This document shows positions 37,194-47,343 of a stretch of 64,000 nucleotides of DNA, piece after piece. Positions within the stretch are counted from its first letter, which is position 1. Each line of letters opens with the position of its first letter. Origin of the DNA: a virus; the IMG/VR virus record IMGVR_UViG_3300018080_000170, positions 6,394-70,393 of that record; one strand, given 5' to 3'. The position numbers and the translations under genes are program-made. Below the pieces are notes generated by a model. That model was given only the letters and a program-made list of their open reading frames with translations. It had not been told where the DNA came from and ran no database searches.

Positions 37194-37385
37194 ATGGCAA
37201 TGAATAAAGATCAGTTAGGGCAAGAGATCGTTGATGCTATAAAATCTGTTACCGGAGGGTCAGAAACAGCACAAGTTTTACAAATTTGGCAAGCAATTTC
37301 CGAAGCTATTATTCAACATCTTATTACAAATGCTGAAGTAACAGTTGAACATAGTGGACCTCGAACTGGGGGAATAACAGGATAA
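37194..37385 (+). CDS. Small baseplate/spike-associated protein
   Basis: Coupled to the spike gene; common phage pattern (AI..AII.H...NAEV). Confidence 0.55.
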   Translation: MAMNKDQLGQEIVDAIKSVTGGSETAQVLQIWQAISEAIIQHLITNAEVTVEHSGPRTGGITG

Positions 37386-37389
37386 TATA

Positions 37390-39423
37390 ATGGCAGGTAT
37401 TGGCGAAATTATTAAACAAGTTCAGAATGTTGTAGATTTTTTTACTGGGGAAAAAGATCCGCGGCCGTATCCCAAAATTAGGCTTATTACTAATGATGTT
37501 AAAGCGGAAAATTGGAATAAAAGTTTTCCGTATAGCTTTAGAGTTGTTGATGACAATGATAATTTTAATCCTAAAGCCGTTGCAAGTGGATATAGAGAAT
37601 TTAAGCTTCATATAAATCCGTCTGATTTACAACAAGACGAGCAATTTTCCGTTGCAATTACTCCTACACAAGACGGAATTATTGTTGAACATAATGGAAT
37701 TATTTTCAAGAATTTGACAATTTCCGGGACAACTGGACTCCATCCATTTAAAGGAGAAGGAGGCTCAACTAGTAGCGGTGGAGTCATTGCAGGAAGTCCT
37801 AATTTGCAAACCGGGTATGAACATTTTCAAGAGCTAAGAAATTATTTTAGAGCATATGCTCAAGAAAAAAGGGAAAAGAAAACTCTTAGAATGCTTTTTG
37901 TAAACAGAAAAGATAGTGAAATCTTTATTGTTGAGCCCGAGCTGTTTTCTTTAAAAAGAGCTTCCTCAAAAAGCTTTTTGTATGACTATACAATTCAAAT
38001 GAGAGTTCTTGGCTCTGTTAACGCACGAATTGATATTGAAGATCCGATTCCTTCCTTTTTTAAAGACTTTGATTCCGTAGTAACTGAAGTTAATGAAAAG
38101 CTGACAATTGCTAGGGGCGTAATGCTTAAGAACCAGGCAATTTTGAGGAATATTGAAGGTAATATTGCACAAACATACCTCGAGCCTCTTCGAAAAGCAA
38201 CGCTTGCAACAAAAGCTTTAATTGGTGCAACTTATAGTGTTTATGATATGCCTAGTTCGCTAACAAATAAGCTTACTACTGGAACTAAAGCAGCCTATTA
38301 TAGCGTTATTGCTAGCTTAAGAAGAGAAGGGAATCCTGCTTTTCGAGAAGTGTCGGTTCCTAAAAATATTAATCGAGAGGCCGAAAAGGACTTTACTACT
38401 GATCTTTTGCCTGCAGAGGCAGCAGAACAAATTACATTGGATTTCTTGAATAATGACGAAAGACAGGAGTTTAATAAGGAAGTTGAAAGCGTGGTAGATT
38501 CTCCTAGAGAGTTTTATGAGAGTTTAAAAGAAGAGAATCAACGAATTTATGACAACGCAAGTGAAGCTTTTGGATTAGGTAATAGTGACTATAATAGTTT
38601 TACTGATAGGCTTCAAACTTTTACGCCTAGTGAAGGTCGAAGGCCGTCAGATAGTGAAGCTGACGTCTTAGGTGCGTTTGATGATGTTGACAAAGCTCTT
38701 GATTATATGGTTTCAACAAATCTTCCATTTAGGAATACACTCGAAGAAAACATTAATCAAATTAATACGGTTTTTAATCAGCTTACTCCAGTAGGAATCC
38801 CTGGGTCAGTCGAAGAAATTATTTTACCTCACGATACATCTCTAGAGGATTTAGCTTCTCAATATTTCAATAATCCTGAAAAGTGGATTGATATTGCAGT
38901 ATTAAATAATTTGAAACCTCCTTATGTTAGTGAAACATCAACAAATGTTCGCATTAAGATGCCGGGAGACAAAATTCTTATTCCTAGGCCCACTCAAGCT
39001 GGAGAATATGATGTCCCCGTTACAAAGGATTATCCCATTACACAGAATCTAACTGCAGCAGAAAAAAATCTTGGAGTAGACTTAAAATTAGATAAGAATT
39101 TTGATCTTGAGTTTTCAAATACGGGTGATTTTAAGCTTATAGCTGGCGGGGATAATGCAGGACAAGCAGTTATTATTAAGCTGACACTAGAAAAAGGAGA
39201 TGTTAAATATCACACCGATATAGGAGTTGGACTAGCTGTTGGTGAAAAAATGACTAACGTTGATACAGTAAAAGATGAAATCACCGAAGCTATATTGAAA
39301 GATCTACGTTTTGATCAAATTACAAGTCTTACAGTTAATATAAATGGAAGTACCATTGAAATGAGAATTGATTTAAAGATAAAGGGTATGGAACAGCCCG
39401 TCCCGGTTACATTACCTTTATAA
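37390..39423 (+). CDS. Baseplate protein: tube-initiator-like N-domain, LysM-like domain and gp25-like C-domain
   Basis: INP......F..ITISGTTG; SLEDLASQY....WIDIAVLNNL; GVDLKL...G.DN..QA...H...G. Confidence 0.65.
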   Translation: MAGIGEIIKQVQNVVDFFTGEKDPRPYPKIRLITNDVKAENWNKSFPYSFRVVDDNDNFNPKAVASGYREFKLHINPSDLQQDEQFSVAITPTQDGIIVEHNGIIFKNLTISGTTGLHPFKGEGGSTSSGGVIAGSPNLQTGYEHFQELRNYFRAYAQEKREKKTLRMLFVNRKDSEIFIVEPELFSLKRASSKSFLYDYTIQMRVLGSVNARIDIEDPIPSFFKDFDSVVTEVNEKLTIARGVMLKNQAILRNIEGNIAQTYLEPLRKATLATKALIGATYSVYDMPSSLTNKLTTGTKAAYYSVIASLRREGNPAFREVSVPKNINREAEKDFTTDLLPAEAAEQITLDFLNNDERQEFNKEVESVVDSPREFYESLKEENQRIYDNASEAFGLGNSDYNSFTDRLQTFTPSEGRRPSDSEADVLGAFDDVDKALDYMVSTNLPFRNTLEENINQINTVFNQLTPVGIPGSVEEIILPHDTSLEDLASQYFNNPEKWIDIAVLNNLKPPYVSETSTNVRIKMPGDKILIPRPTQAGEYDVPVTKDYPITQNLTAAEKNLGVDLKLDKNFDLEFSNTGDFKLIAGGDNAGQAVIIKLTLEKGDVKYHTDIGVGLAVGEKMTNVDTVKDEITEAILKDLRFDQITSLTVNINGSTIEMRIDLKIKGMEQPVPVTLPL

Positions 39424-39435
39424 GGATATAAGATC

Positions 39436-42400
39436 ATGGCATTCAATTTGAGATCTAGACAACAGATTTTGGCTGATATGATTGCTAAGATGTTAGCCGA
39501 AACTCCAGTTAATGATATTAATAGAGCTTCAGTTGTTCGAACTTTGCTTGAAGCTGCCGCTCAAGAAGCATTTCAAGAAAACTATGACATGCTTCAAATT
39601 ATTAGAAATTATAATCTAGATACTACTGAGGGAGATGATTTAGTTAATAGAGCTATTGAGTATGGACTAGAAGGACGCACGGCCGCTCAATCTGCTTCGG
39701 GTTTAATTACTATTAGTGATAGTAATATTACGAAAGTTGAAACTAATATTTATGATAATCTCCCCGGCCCGGTATCTGGAGATACAAGAATTTACGTTGA
39801 TGATGCAACCTCATTCCCCACTTCTGGAGCATGGTCTGTGATTATTGGTCGCGGAACTGATAATGTTGAAACTGTTTCCGTTGATACAGCACAAGGGAGC
39901 AATGGAAAAACTAATAATATAAGCTACTGGACCATTTACTTATCTGCTGGACTTGCAAACGACCATGGAACTGAAGAGTCGGTAATTTTGTCTCAAGGAG
40001 GAGATCGAATTATTCCTGCTGGAACAACTGTTAAAATTTCAGCCAGTGATATTGCTGAGGAAGTGTCTTATTCGGTTAATAATGAAGAGACTATTTTAGA
40101 CGGAGAAGAGGAAGTTGAGAGTGTTCTTATCACTGCTCTTACTCCAGGAACTGATGGAAATGCTCCAATTGGAGCTATTAATGAATTTGATTCTTTACCG
40201 TTTGATGGAGCTGAAGTAACAAATCCAGCTGCATTTACTAATGGGACAGATGAAGAGACGGACGAAGAACTGAGAGATAGAATTAGAGCTCATATTCAGA
40301 GTTTAAGTCGAGGAACAGCTGAGTCGGTCACATCAACAGTCGTTGGTATTACTGATCCTGATGAAAACAAGCGCGTTGTGTCAGCAAATTTTGTTGATTC
40401 AACTACACTGAATGATTTGGGATTTTTGTATATTGATGATGGAACTGGGTTTGAACCGTCGTTCGCTGGACAAGGGCAAGAAATTGTTTTGAATTCTGCA
40501 ACTGGCGGGGAGCAGTTTTTACAATTAGATACTCCTCCCGTTATTAAGGCACAAGTAGAGACAATTAATTCTGAATCGTATGATCTGGGGACTGCTAATG
40601 AAACGCTTATCTATGAAGTTAATGGAGTAGAAGAAATTATTACTTTTAGCTCGGATGATTTTATTAATCCTGGAATTGCTACAGCTGAAGAAGTAGTTGA
40701 ATCAATCAATGATAATGCTACACTAATTGAAGCAAGAACTTCCGAAAATGGAACAAAAGTTACTATTAGAGCAAAAGCCCAAGAGAACGAATCAATACAG
40801 GTCACTGGCGGGACAGGTAATACATCTGATAAATTAAATTTTTCAACTGGATTAAATGAGTCTTTGAGGCTGTATAAGTTTGACGGACTTTCAGTTAGTT
40901 TATTGAACAAGGATGGGACGACCGCAACGATTGAGTGTGCGACCCCCCAGTTGTACAACCTAAATAACGGAGATACTTTAACAGTAATTGTTGATGGTAA
41001 AACAGCTAACGTACAAACTGCAACATTTAATACGGCCGATTTTGTTAATATTGCTGCTGCAACTGCTGAAGAAGTTGTTGCTGTTTTAAATGAAGATTTA
41101 GCGGGAGTTACAGCTTTAGTTACCTCTACTGATTCAAGAATTACTCTTAGATCTAATTTAGAAAATAGTGCTATTTCTAGTGTACAGGTAACGGGCGGAG
41201 CAGCAAATGCTGAGTTTAACTTTGATACAACTGCCGTTGTTGGATCTAGTAAAGATTATACATTGAATAGATTTAATGGTCAAATTGAGTTGGAAGTTCC
41301 AGCTTCCATTGGAGATCAGTATACGGCTGGGTCGGATCAGACAAGAGGGTTACTAGTCACTGAGTTTGCCGAGCCATATAATTTATCTAATGGAGAAGCG
41401 ATTACAATAGAAGTTGATGGCGGTGGCGGTCAGGTTGCAACATTTAATACAGCCGATTTTGTTAATATTGCACAGGCGACAGCTGCTGAAGTAGCTGCAG
41501 TTATCAATGAAGATGTCGGCGGTGTAACAGCGCTTGCATTAAGTAATGGAAAAGTTCTTGTAAGAACAAATAATTTCACTTCCTCTGGTAGTATTGAAAT
41601 TACAGTATCTACCGCTCCTTCGCTTGGATTTTCAATTGGAGAGTTAGTTCAAAGTCTTGAGTCTCATACTGCTGCTGTAATCTCTACTACAGAAAACTTC
41701 ATTTTTGATGAAGGAGACGAGTTAATTGTTGTTATGGATGGAGATGCGGTTTATACCATTACAATGGATGTAGATGGAGAAATAAGAAACGTTGTTAGTC
41801 CTAGTGTTTTTGATGCAGATGTTCTAGCCACAGGTGACACTTTTGGCTCTAAATTTACGGAAGAAAATGAGATATTGGGATACAGAATTGTTATTAAGAC
41901 TGGTGCTAGCGCTGGACACATAACAACAATTAATAGTTATAATCCAGTTACCGGAAGCGGTCGTATTAGTATGGTCGGGGCTGCCCCATTTGGCCTGGCG
42001 GTAGGAGATACTTTTATTGTTGTTCCGATTACTGCTGAAAATGTTGTTGGGTATCTTAATAATAGTTTTGTGACAACAATGGCTCTTCGTTCAAATGTTG
42101 AGTTAATTGGAACTAACAGGGTTCAAATTAGTTCGACAGTGACAGGTGAAAGTGGAAGTGTCCAAGTAACTGGTGAAGATGCAAATGATAAGTTACAGTT
42201 TCAAACCAATGAGGTTCGAGGATTAGACGGATATAAATATTACACTGGTTTATTGAGACGAGTTCAAAGAACAGTTGATGGTTTGAGCTCAGATCCAGTA
42301 ACTTTTCCTGGCGTTAAAGCTGCTGGGATTCAGATTGAAGTTTTACCTCCTACAGTTAAACAAATTTCTGTTGAGGTTAACGTTACTCTAGCCGAGGGCA

Positions 42401-42618
42401 TAACATTAACAACAATTCAAGAAGACATCAAGAACGCAATTTCGCAATATATTAACGGCTTAGGTGTAGGCGAAGATGTAGTTGTGCAAGAATTGTCATG
42501 CCGAATAATTTCTGTTGAAGGCGTTACAGATGTCGAAATATTAACACCCGATGGGAATGTTATTATTGCAGATAACGAGGTTCCGAGAATTAGAGATACA
42601 GATATTGTTATAGGATAA
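39436..42618 (+). CDS. Baseplate J-like wedge protein with large repeat insertion
   Basis: SVVRTLLEA, NGTDEETDEELRDR, SLSRGT, C-terminal YINGLGVGEDV. Confidence 0.85.
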   Translation: MAFNLRSRQQILADMIAKMLAETPVNDINRASVVRTLLEAAAQEAFQENYDMLQIIRNYNLDTTEGDDLVNRAIEYGLEGRTAAQSASGLITISDSNITKVETNIYDNLPGPVSGDTRIYVDDATSFPTSGAWSVIIGRGTDNVETVSVDTAQGSNGKTNNISYWTIYLSAGLANDHGTEESVILSQGGDRIIPAGTTVKISASDIAEEVSYSVNNEETILDGEEEVESVLITALTPGTDGNAPIGAINEFDSLPFDGAEVTNPAAFTNGTDEETDEELRDRIRAHIQSLSRGTAESVTSTVVGITDPDENKRVVSANFVDSTTLNDLGFLYIDDGTGFEPSFAGQGQEIVLNSATGGEQFLQLDTPPVIKAQVETINSESYDLGTANETLIYEVNGVEEIITFSSDDFINPGIATAEEVVESINDNATLIEARTSENGTKVTIRAKAQENESIQVTGGTGNTSDKLNFSTGLNESLRLYKFDGLSVSLLNKDGTTATIECATPQLYNLNNGDTLTVIVDGKTANVQTATFNTADFVNIAAATAEEVVAVLNEDLAGVTALVTSTDSRITLRSNLENSAISSVQVTGGAANAEFNFDTTAVVGSSKDYTLNRFNGQIELEVPASIGDQYTAGSDQTRGLLVTEFAEPYNLSNGEAITIEVDGGGGQVATFNTADFVNIAQATAAEVAAVINEDVGGVTALALSNGKVLVRTNNFTSSGSIEITVSTAPSLGFSIGELVQSLESHTAAVISTTENFIFDEGDELIVVMDGDAVYTITMDVDGEIRNVVSPSVFDADVLATGDTFGSKFTEENEILGYRIVIKTGASAGHITTINSYNPVTGSGRISMVGAAPFGLAVGDTFIVVPITAENVVGYLNNSFVTTMALRSNVELIGTNRVQISSTVTGESGSVQVTGEDANDKLQFQTNEVRGLDGYKYYTGLLRRVQRTVDGLSSDPVTFPGVKAAGIQIEVLPPTVKQISVEVNVTLAEGITLTTIQEDIKNAISQYINGLGVGEDVVVQELSCRIISVEGVTDVEILTPDGNVIIADNEVPRIRDTDIVIG

Positions 42619-42620
42619 AA

Positions 42621-44330
42621 ATGAGCAAGCTAGATAGATATATCAAAACTATTCCCAACATGTATCCAACCAGGGTGGAGGGAACTTTTATTCGAGGGCT
42701 AATCGAAGCCTGGGCTCAAGAAAATGAAAATTTGGTTTTGCAAATTGAAGAAGCAAAAAATCAAATTTTTGTTAATTTAGCAAGCGATAAATATCTAACC
42801 GCTCTGGGGCAGAATGTCGGAGTTAGTAAGCCTTTAGCAGCTAATTTATCTGATGATCAATTTCGGCAATTAATCCCTGTTATGAGTTTTGACCCAAAAC
42901 AGGTTTTAATTACTATGTATAAACTGTTAGATATCTTCTGGGGTCCTTTATTTTCGAGAGCTAATATTACTGCGCAAGTGTCAGAACCGTACAATTTTGG
43001 AACCTCGGCTCCTCTAACTGGGACAGTAAATTTTGTAAATGATTCTACTGAAGTTACAGGAACTGGAACTTTTTTTACAGCTGAAGTATCAGTTGGAGAA
43101 TATATCAAGTTATCAACTGATGACAATGATAGATTTGTTAAGGTAATTCGAGTTATTGATAACACAACTTTGTCATTAGCAACTAGGTATGGTGGCGACA
43201 CCGCTTCGGGAGTTGGAGTTAACTACTTGTCAAAGAAGTTAGAGCTCGATTGTGATGCAGAAGAAGGTATTATTTTGGATTTTAGCCCAATATACTTTGA
43301 TGATACATCAGCTGTTATAGTAAGTGAACTCATAGAGGTAATTAATAATCAAAGCGATGTAATTGTGGGAGATGTGGTTAATAGCGCTACAAATGTTCCA
43401 CAGCTTAATCTTAGAACAGATACACCGGGAGCGGCTGGATCAATTAATATAACAGGTGGAACGGCTAATACTATTTTACAATTTGTAACGGGGGAAAATC
43501 TGATATCTGATCTTCCTTCTCCAACAGTTGTGTACGAAGTGAATAATCGAGAAATTGTTGTTATGATTCCTGATTTAGCGCCTGCTATTGGTTTGGCAAA
43601 TAGTCATTTTTTCCATTCTGACAATGGAATTGTAACAGCCGTTGACAATATTCTAAAAACTGTTACCTGTGATTTTGACAATGAGGTTACGGCTAATGAA
43701 TATATCGATAAGACATTTTCACAAAATACTGAAGAGTTTACTATTCAGTCTCATACGACTGGCATAAATAATGTCGTTCTTCAGTTTAGCGCCGGAGTAG
43801 ATCTGTCGAGAGTGTCAACAGTTTCTGGCAAAAATGGTTTTGTCATATTCTATGAAAATTGGTATGGATCCTTTATATACGATCCTGCCGATTCTCCTTA
43901 CACTGTTCAAAAGGAGAAAACAATATTAAATCAAGTAATTACTGAGGGAAATATCTATCCAATTATTGCTGCAGATGATTCAAGTGACATTCCCGATGCA
44001 ACTGGATACGTAGTATTTAATTTTGGAAGAGCTAATGAAGAAGGACCAATTGCATATCGCGGTAGGCCAACTAATTCAAGTTTGTTAATTGATCCTGGAC
44101 ATATTTTCCAATACGATCATGCAGTAGGTGACACAATTAATTTATTGGATCCTGATTTAGTGCCTCATGTGCCGCGTTCAAGTGGAGTTGATAGACCGGT
44201 TTATATGGTTGATCCTCAAGAGGCCAGACTAGTAGCCCAAACACTAATTAGACAAATTAAGGCGGCTGGGGTAGTCATAAGATTCATTATAGATACGCCA
44301 GAGTATTTGTTTAGCCTTTGTCGAGATTAA
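42621..44330 (+). CDS. Baseplate wedge protein (gpI-like)
   Basis: YL..LG..VG...P...SDD.FR; C-terminal KAAGV. Confidence 0.7.
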   Translation: MSKLDRYIKTIPNMYPTRVEGTFIRGLIEAWAQENENLVLQIEEAKNQIFVNLASDKYLTALGQNVGVSKPLAANLSDDQFRQLIPVMSFDPKQVLITMYKLLDIFWGPLFSRANITAQVSEPYNFGTSAPLTGTVNFVNDSTEVTGTGTFFTAEVSVGEYIKLSTDDNDRFVKVIRVIDNTTLSLATRYGGDTASGVGVNYLSKKLELDCDAEEGIILDFSPIYFDDTSAVIVSELIEVINNQSDVIVGDVVNSATNVPQLNLRTDTPGAAGSINITGGTANTILQFVTGENLISDLPSPTVVYEVNNREIVVMIPDLAPAIGLANSHFFHSDNGIVTAVDNILKTVTCDFDNEVTANEYIDKTFSQNTEEFTIQSHTTGINNVVLQFSAGVDLSRVSTVSGKNGFVIFYENWYGSFIYDPADSPYTVQKEKTILNQVITEGNIYPIIAADDSSDIPDATGYVVFNFGRANEEGPIAYRGRPTNSSLLIDPGHIFQYDHAVGDTINLLDPDLVPHVPRSSGVDRPVYMVDPQEARLVAQTLIRQIKAAGVVIRFIIDTPEYLFSLCRD

Positions 44331-44386
44331 TAATTTAAAACAACAGCATAGATATAATATAATATATTGATGTAGTTGGAGGAAAA

Positions 44387-45484
44387 ATGGCCGTTCTACA
44401 AAAGACAAGAATTCTAGCTCAAGAGCGCTTAGACAAGACGGATTATGATAATATTGAAACATTTGTGTGTGAAGATCTCAACCAAATGTTTCGAAGGATT
44501 TTTACCAGCTCAACAGCTATAATTAATGGCTTTGAAATTTTTGATGATGCTGCATTAACTCAAAGAACCCCGTCTGCTTCTCCTGTTTATATTAAGATGG
44601 AAGATTCTACCATACTTCATACCGATTCTTCAGGTCCGAGTTTTTATGTTGGATCGTCAATTACGTCGGCAGAAGAAGTTACATTGACCGACGGGCAAAC
44701 AAATTACATTGAGTTGGATATTTCAAGAGAGCCAGCTGTTCCAGCAACGAGAACATTTCGAGATCCAAACGCAAACGCAGGAGAGGGGGCTGATTATACT
44801 CAGATTATTGACACAGTTGAAAATATTGTAGCTACGATTACTGTTAATACAACTGGCTTTAGTGGCGGAACAAAAGTTCCTCTCTATAAAGTTACAGTTG
44901 CAGCTGGTAGTATCACGGCAGCTGTTGATAGTAGAAATTTATTTTTTAGGCTTGTCCCCGGGGAGCCCTACAATGAAGATTATGAATTCCCTTGGACGAG
45001 CCGAGGTGAGCCTGATAATGATTTAGTCCCCGATGGGAATGAAATTCTTAAGGGCGATAAGCAAATTCAGTCATTTAAAGACTGGGCCGATGCAATAATG
45101 ACTGAGTTGAAGGTTATAAAATTTGGAAGTGCAATTGGAGTTTCGTGGACAGACCCGACTCCTACTTCTATTAGCCAGTTAGGAAGAGAGCTATTTTTGC
45201 GCGGGGGTGGGACGATTTCTTGGGATGGGTCTGATATGACCTGGACATCTAATTTTACAATTGATATTACAGGAACCGCTTTTGTTAATACTATTACGAC
45301 TGCAGGAAGTCCGCTATCAATTGGAGCAGATCAAGTGGCGTATGTTGATGTTGATCCTACGCAAACAACTAACATTTCTTTTCAGGTAGTAGATTCGGAT
45401 TCATATGTTGATCAAGATAATCGTTATATCCTTGTTAAAAGAGATGGAAGCGATATTATCATTATAGATCGATTAGTAGGATAA
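44387..45484 (+). CDS. Baseplate/tail-fibre attachment protein
   Basis: Follows the wedge genes; C-domain paralogous to 22504. Confidence 0.6.
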   Translation: MAVLQKTRILAQERLDKTDYDNIETFVCEDLNQMFRRIFTSSTAIINGFEIFDDAALTQRTPSASPVYIKMEDSTILHTDSSGPSFYVGSSITSAEEVTLTDGQTNYIELDISREPAVPATRTFRDPNANAGEGADYTQIIDTVENIVATITVNTTGFSGGTKVPLYKVTVAAGSITAAVDSRNLFFRLVPGEPYNEDYEFPWTSRGEPDNDLVPDGNEILKGDKQIQSFKDWADAIMTELKVIKFGSAIGVSWTDPTPTSISQLGRELFLRGGGTISWDGSDMTWTSNFTIDITGTAFVNTITTAGSPLSIGADQVAYVDVDPTQTTNISFQVVDSDSYVDQDNRYILVKRDGSDIIIIDRLVG

Positions 45485-45490
45485 TAAATA

Positions 45491-46213
45491 ATGGCATTAA
45501 AATTAGGGAATAAACAATCATCTAAACTTACAAAGAAAACTCTTATTTTCCAAGAATATCCTTCCGGGGATACTATTATTGCGGCTGGTGGAGTTGAACT
45601 TATTCGTGTTCATAATGCTACGGGGCAAGTCGAAATCCATCAGGAGCTAAAAGTAGATAATCTTAATGGATTAGTGAGCGCTGTTAATGGAGTATTACAA
45701 GGCGGAGCAATTGCAACTCCTGAAGGATATACTTCGAGTTTTAATGGAACGACTGCTTGGACTTTAAGCGGAAGTATTTATTATATAGATTTTACGCATA
45801 ATCTTGGATCTACTCAGTTATTGTGTACGGTTTATGATGATGCTAATGAGGAAGTAAATGTTGATGCTAAGACATTAATTGATGGGAATACTCTTCGAAT
45901 TGAAGTTCCTGCTGTCCCTGATAATAGATTTTCTGGCCAGATTGTAATTGCTCAAGTTGACGATCCTAATGTTCCGGGGCAAACATTTAATTTTAATGCG
46001 ACTACTTCGTGGACTTTAGATGGCGCAACTTATTATGCAAATTTTCCTCATAATGTAGGATCGAGTAATATAATTTGTGAAGTGTATGATGATGCTGGAG
46101 CACAAGTTATTGTTACTAAAATAAAATATGATAATAACAATCTTAGGATTGTTGTTCCTTCTGTGCCCGATTTAAGGTTTGCGGGGCATGTAAATATTTT
46201 ACAAGTAGAATAA
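45491..46213 (+). CDS. Fibre adaptor with tandem HN(L/V)G beta domains
   Basis: Two ~80-aa repeats (FN.TT.WTL...HN.GS...C.VYDD...F.G). Confidence 0.6.
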   Translation: MALKLGNKQSSKLTKKTLIFQEYPSGDTIIAAGGVELIRVHNATGQVEIHQELKVDNLNGLVSAVNGVLQGGAIATPEGYTSSFNGTTAWTLSGSIYYIDFTHNLGSTQLLCTVYDDANEEVNVDAKTLIDGNTLRIEVPAVPDNRFSGQIVIAQVDDPNVPGQTFNFNATTSWTLDGATYYANFPHNVGSSNIICEVYDDAGAQVIVTKIKYDNNNLRIVVPSVPDLRFAGHVNILQVE

Positions 46214-46298
46214 AACAAAGAGCTAGTTATTAGGTTTTATATTGTAACGTGCAATATAAATTGTCACACTATTCATTAATGAAAAGGGAGATGAATAA

Positions 46299-46934
46299 AT
46301 GGCGAAAGAAGTAAAAGGCGATCTCAACGTTAAGAGAACTCTTGACGCTGACCGCAGGGTTAATGAAGGCCTGAAACAGACAGACGATCTTGATGCTGCT
46401 CTGGATTTGGGTATTCATTGTGAAAAGTGGCAAAGGATTGAGACTGACGATCTGGGAGCCCAGAATGTTGATCTTCCTGATGCTACTACAATTAGTGAGG
46501 GCTGGCAGGTTGTGATTGAGAATTTTGGTGGAACTGATGCTCTTAACGTTCGCGATGGCGCGGATGGCGCACTGAAGACAATCGCAACTGGTAAGGCTTA
46601 TTTGTTTACGTGTTTGGATAACGGCGCTGCTGCTGGGACCTGGCATGTTAACTTTCTTGAAGATGATCTTACTCTCGTTGCTACTCGATACGCATCAACG
46701 TTTGATGCTGGCGCGAGTTGGGGCGCTGCGGCCGGTGGTTATTACACAATTACCATCACGCAGGCTACTCATACTCGCGGCGTCGATCCGATGATTCAGA
46801 TTTATGAGACATCGGCCGGCGACGATTTTCTCGTTGAAGTTGATCAGCTTAAAGTCAGCGCTGCTGGCGATGCAGCTTTTCGCGTTACCGAGGATCCGGA
46901 TCTTCGCTTTGCAGGGAAAATTATCCTTGTGTAA
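46299..46934 (+). CDS. Putative fibre/appendage protein
   Basis: N-terminal KGD..V.R.L motif shared with 47344; C-domain shared with 45491. Confidence 0.6.
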   Translation: MAKEVKGDLNVKRTLDADRRVNEGLKQTDDLDAALDLGIHCEKWQRIETDDLGAQNVDLPDATTISEGWQVVIENFGGTDALNVRDGADGALKTIATGKAYLFTCLDNGAAAGTWHVNFLEDDLTLVATRYASTFDAGASWGAAAGGYYTITITQATHTRGVDPMIQIYETSAGDDFLVEVDQLKVSAAGDAAFRVTEDPDLRFAGKIILV

Positions 46935-46945
46935 TTAATATTAAT

Positions 46946-46981
46946 GGGAGTTGGGCTAGCTTAAGGCTAGCCCGGCCTCCC
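46946..46981 (+). terminator. GC-rich hairpin, probable terminator
   Basis: GGGCTAGC/GCTAGCCC with outer GGGAG/CTCCC. Confidence 0.65.
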
Positions 46982-47016
46982 TATTATATAAAATAAAATA
47001 AAAAGGAGATAATAAA

Positions 47017-47316
47017 ATGGAAAAGAAAGATGGAATGTTAGAAACGTATCATTTTGATCAAAAAGCGGTCATTAAAGTTAATAAGGATAAAACTGATATT
47101 GAAGTTCTTGGGTGGAATAGCCCCTATAAGAATAATGATGCTCAATCAATTGACGATGTTAAGTACTTTGTGGTAAAAAAAGAACTTGTTGATATTACAA
47201 AGTTGGATCCTGATAAAAAGTATAATATCAATTTTACTATTAAGTTTTTAGAGAACTCAGATGGAACATTTGATCAGCCGGCCGCAATTTTTAAATCAAT
47301 CGAAGAAGTAAAATAA
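47017..47316 (+). CDS. Hypothetical protein, possible fibre chaperone
   Basis: AAGGAG RBS; precedes the giant fibre. Confidence 0.55.
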   Translation: MEKKDGMLETYHFDQKAVIKVNKDKTDIEVLGWNSPYKNNDAQSIDDVKYFVVKKELVDITKLDPDKKYNINFTIKFLENSDGTFDQPAAIFKSIEEVK

Positions 47317-47343
47317 TATATTTGCATATATTAGGAGCATAGA

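Noticed and set aside
46236-46260. AT-rich inverted repeat TTTATATTG/CAATATAAA
   Set aside because: Single low-complexity hairpin with no second copy found, so no function can be supported.
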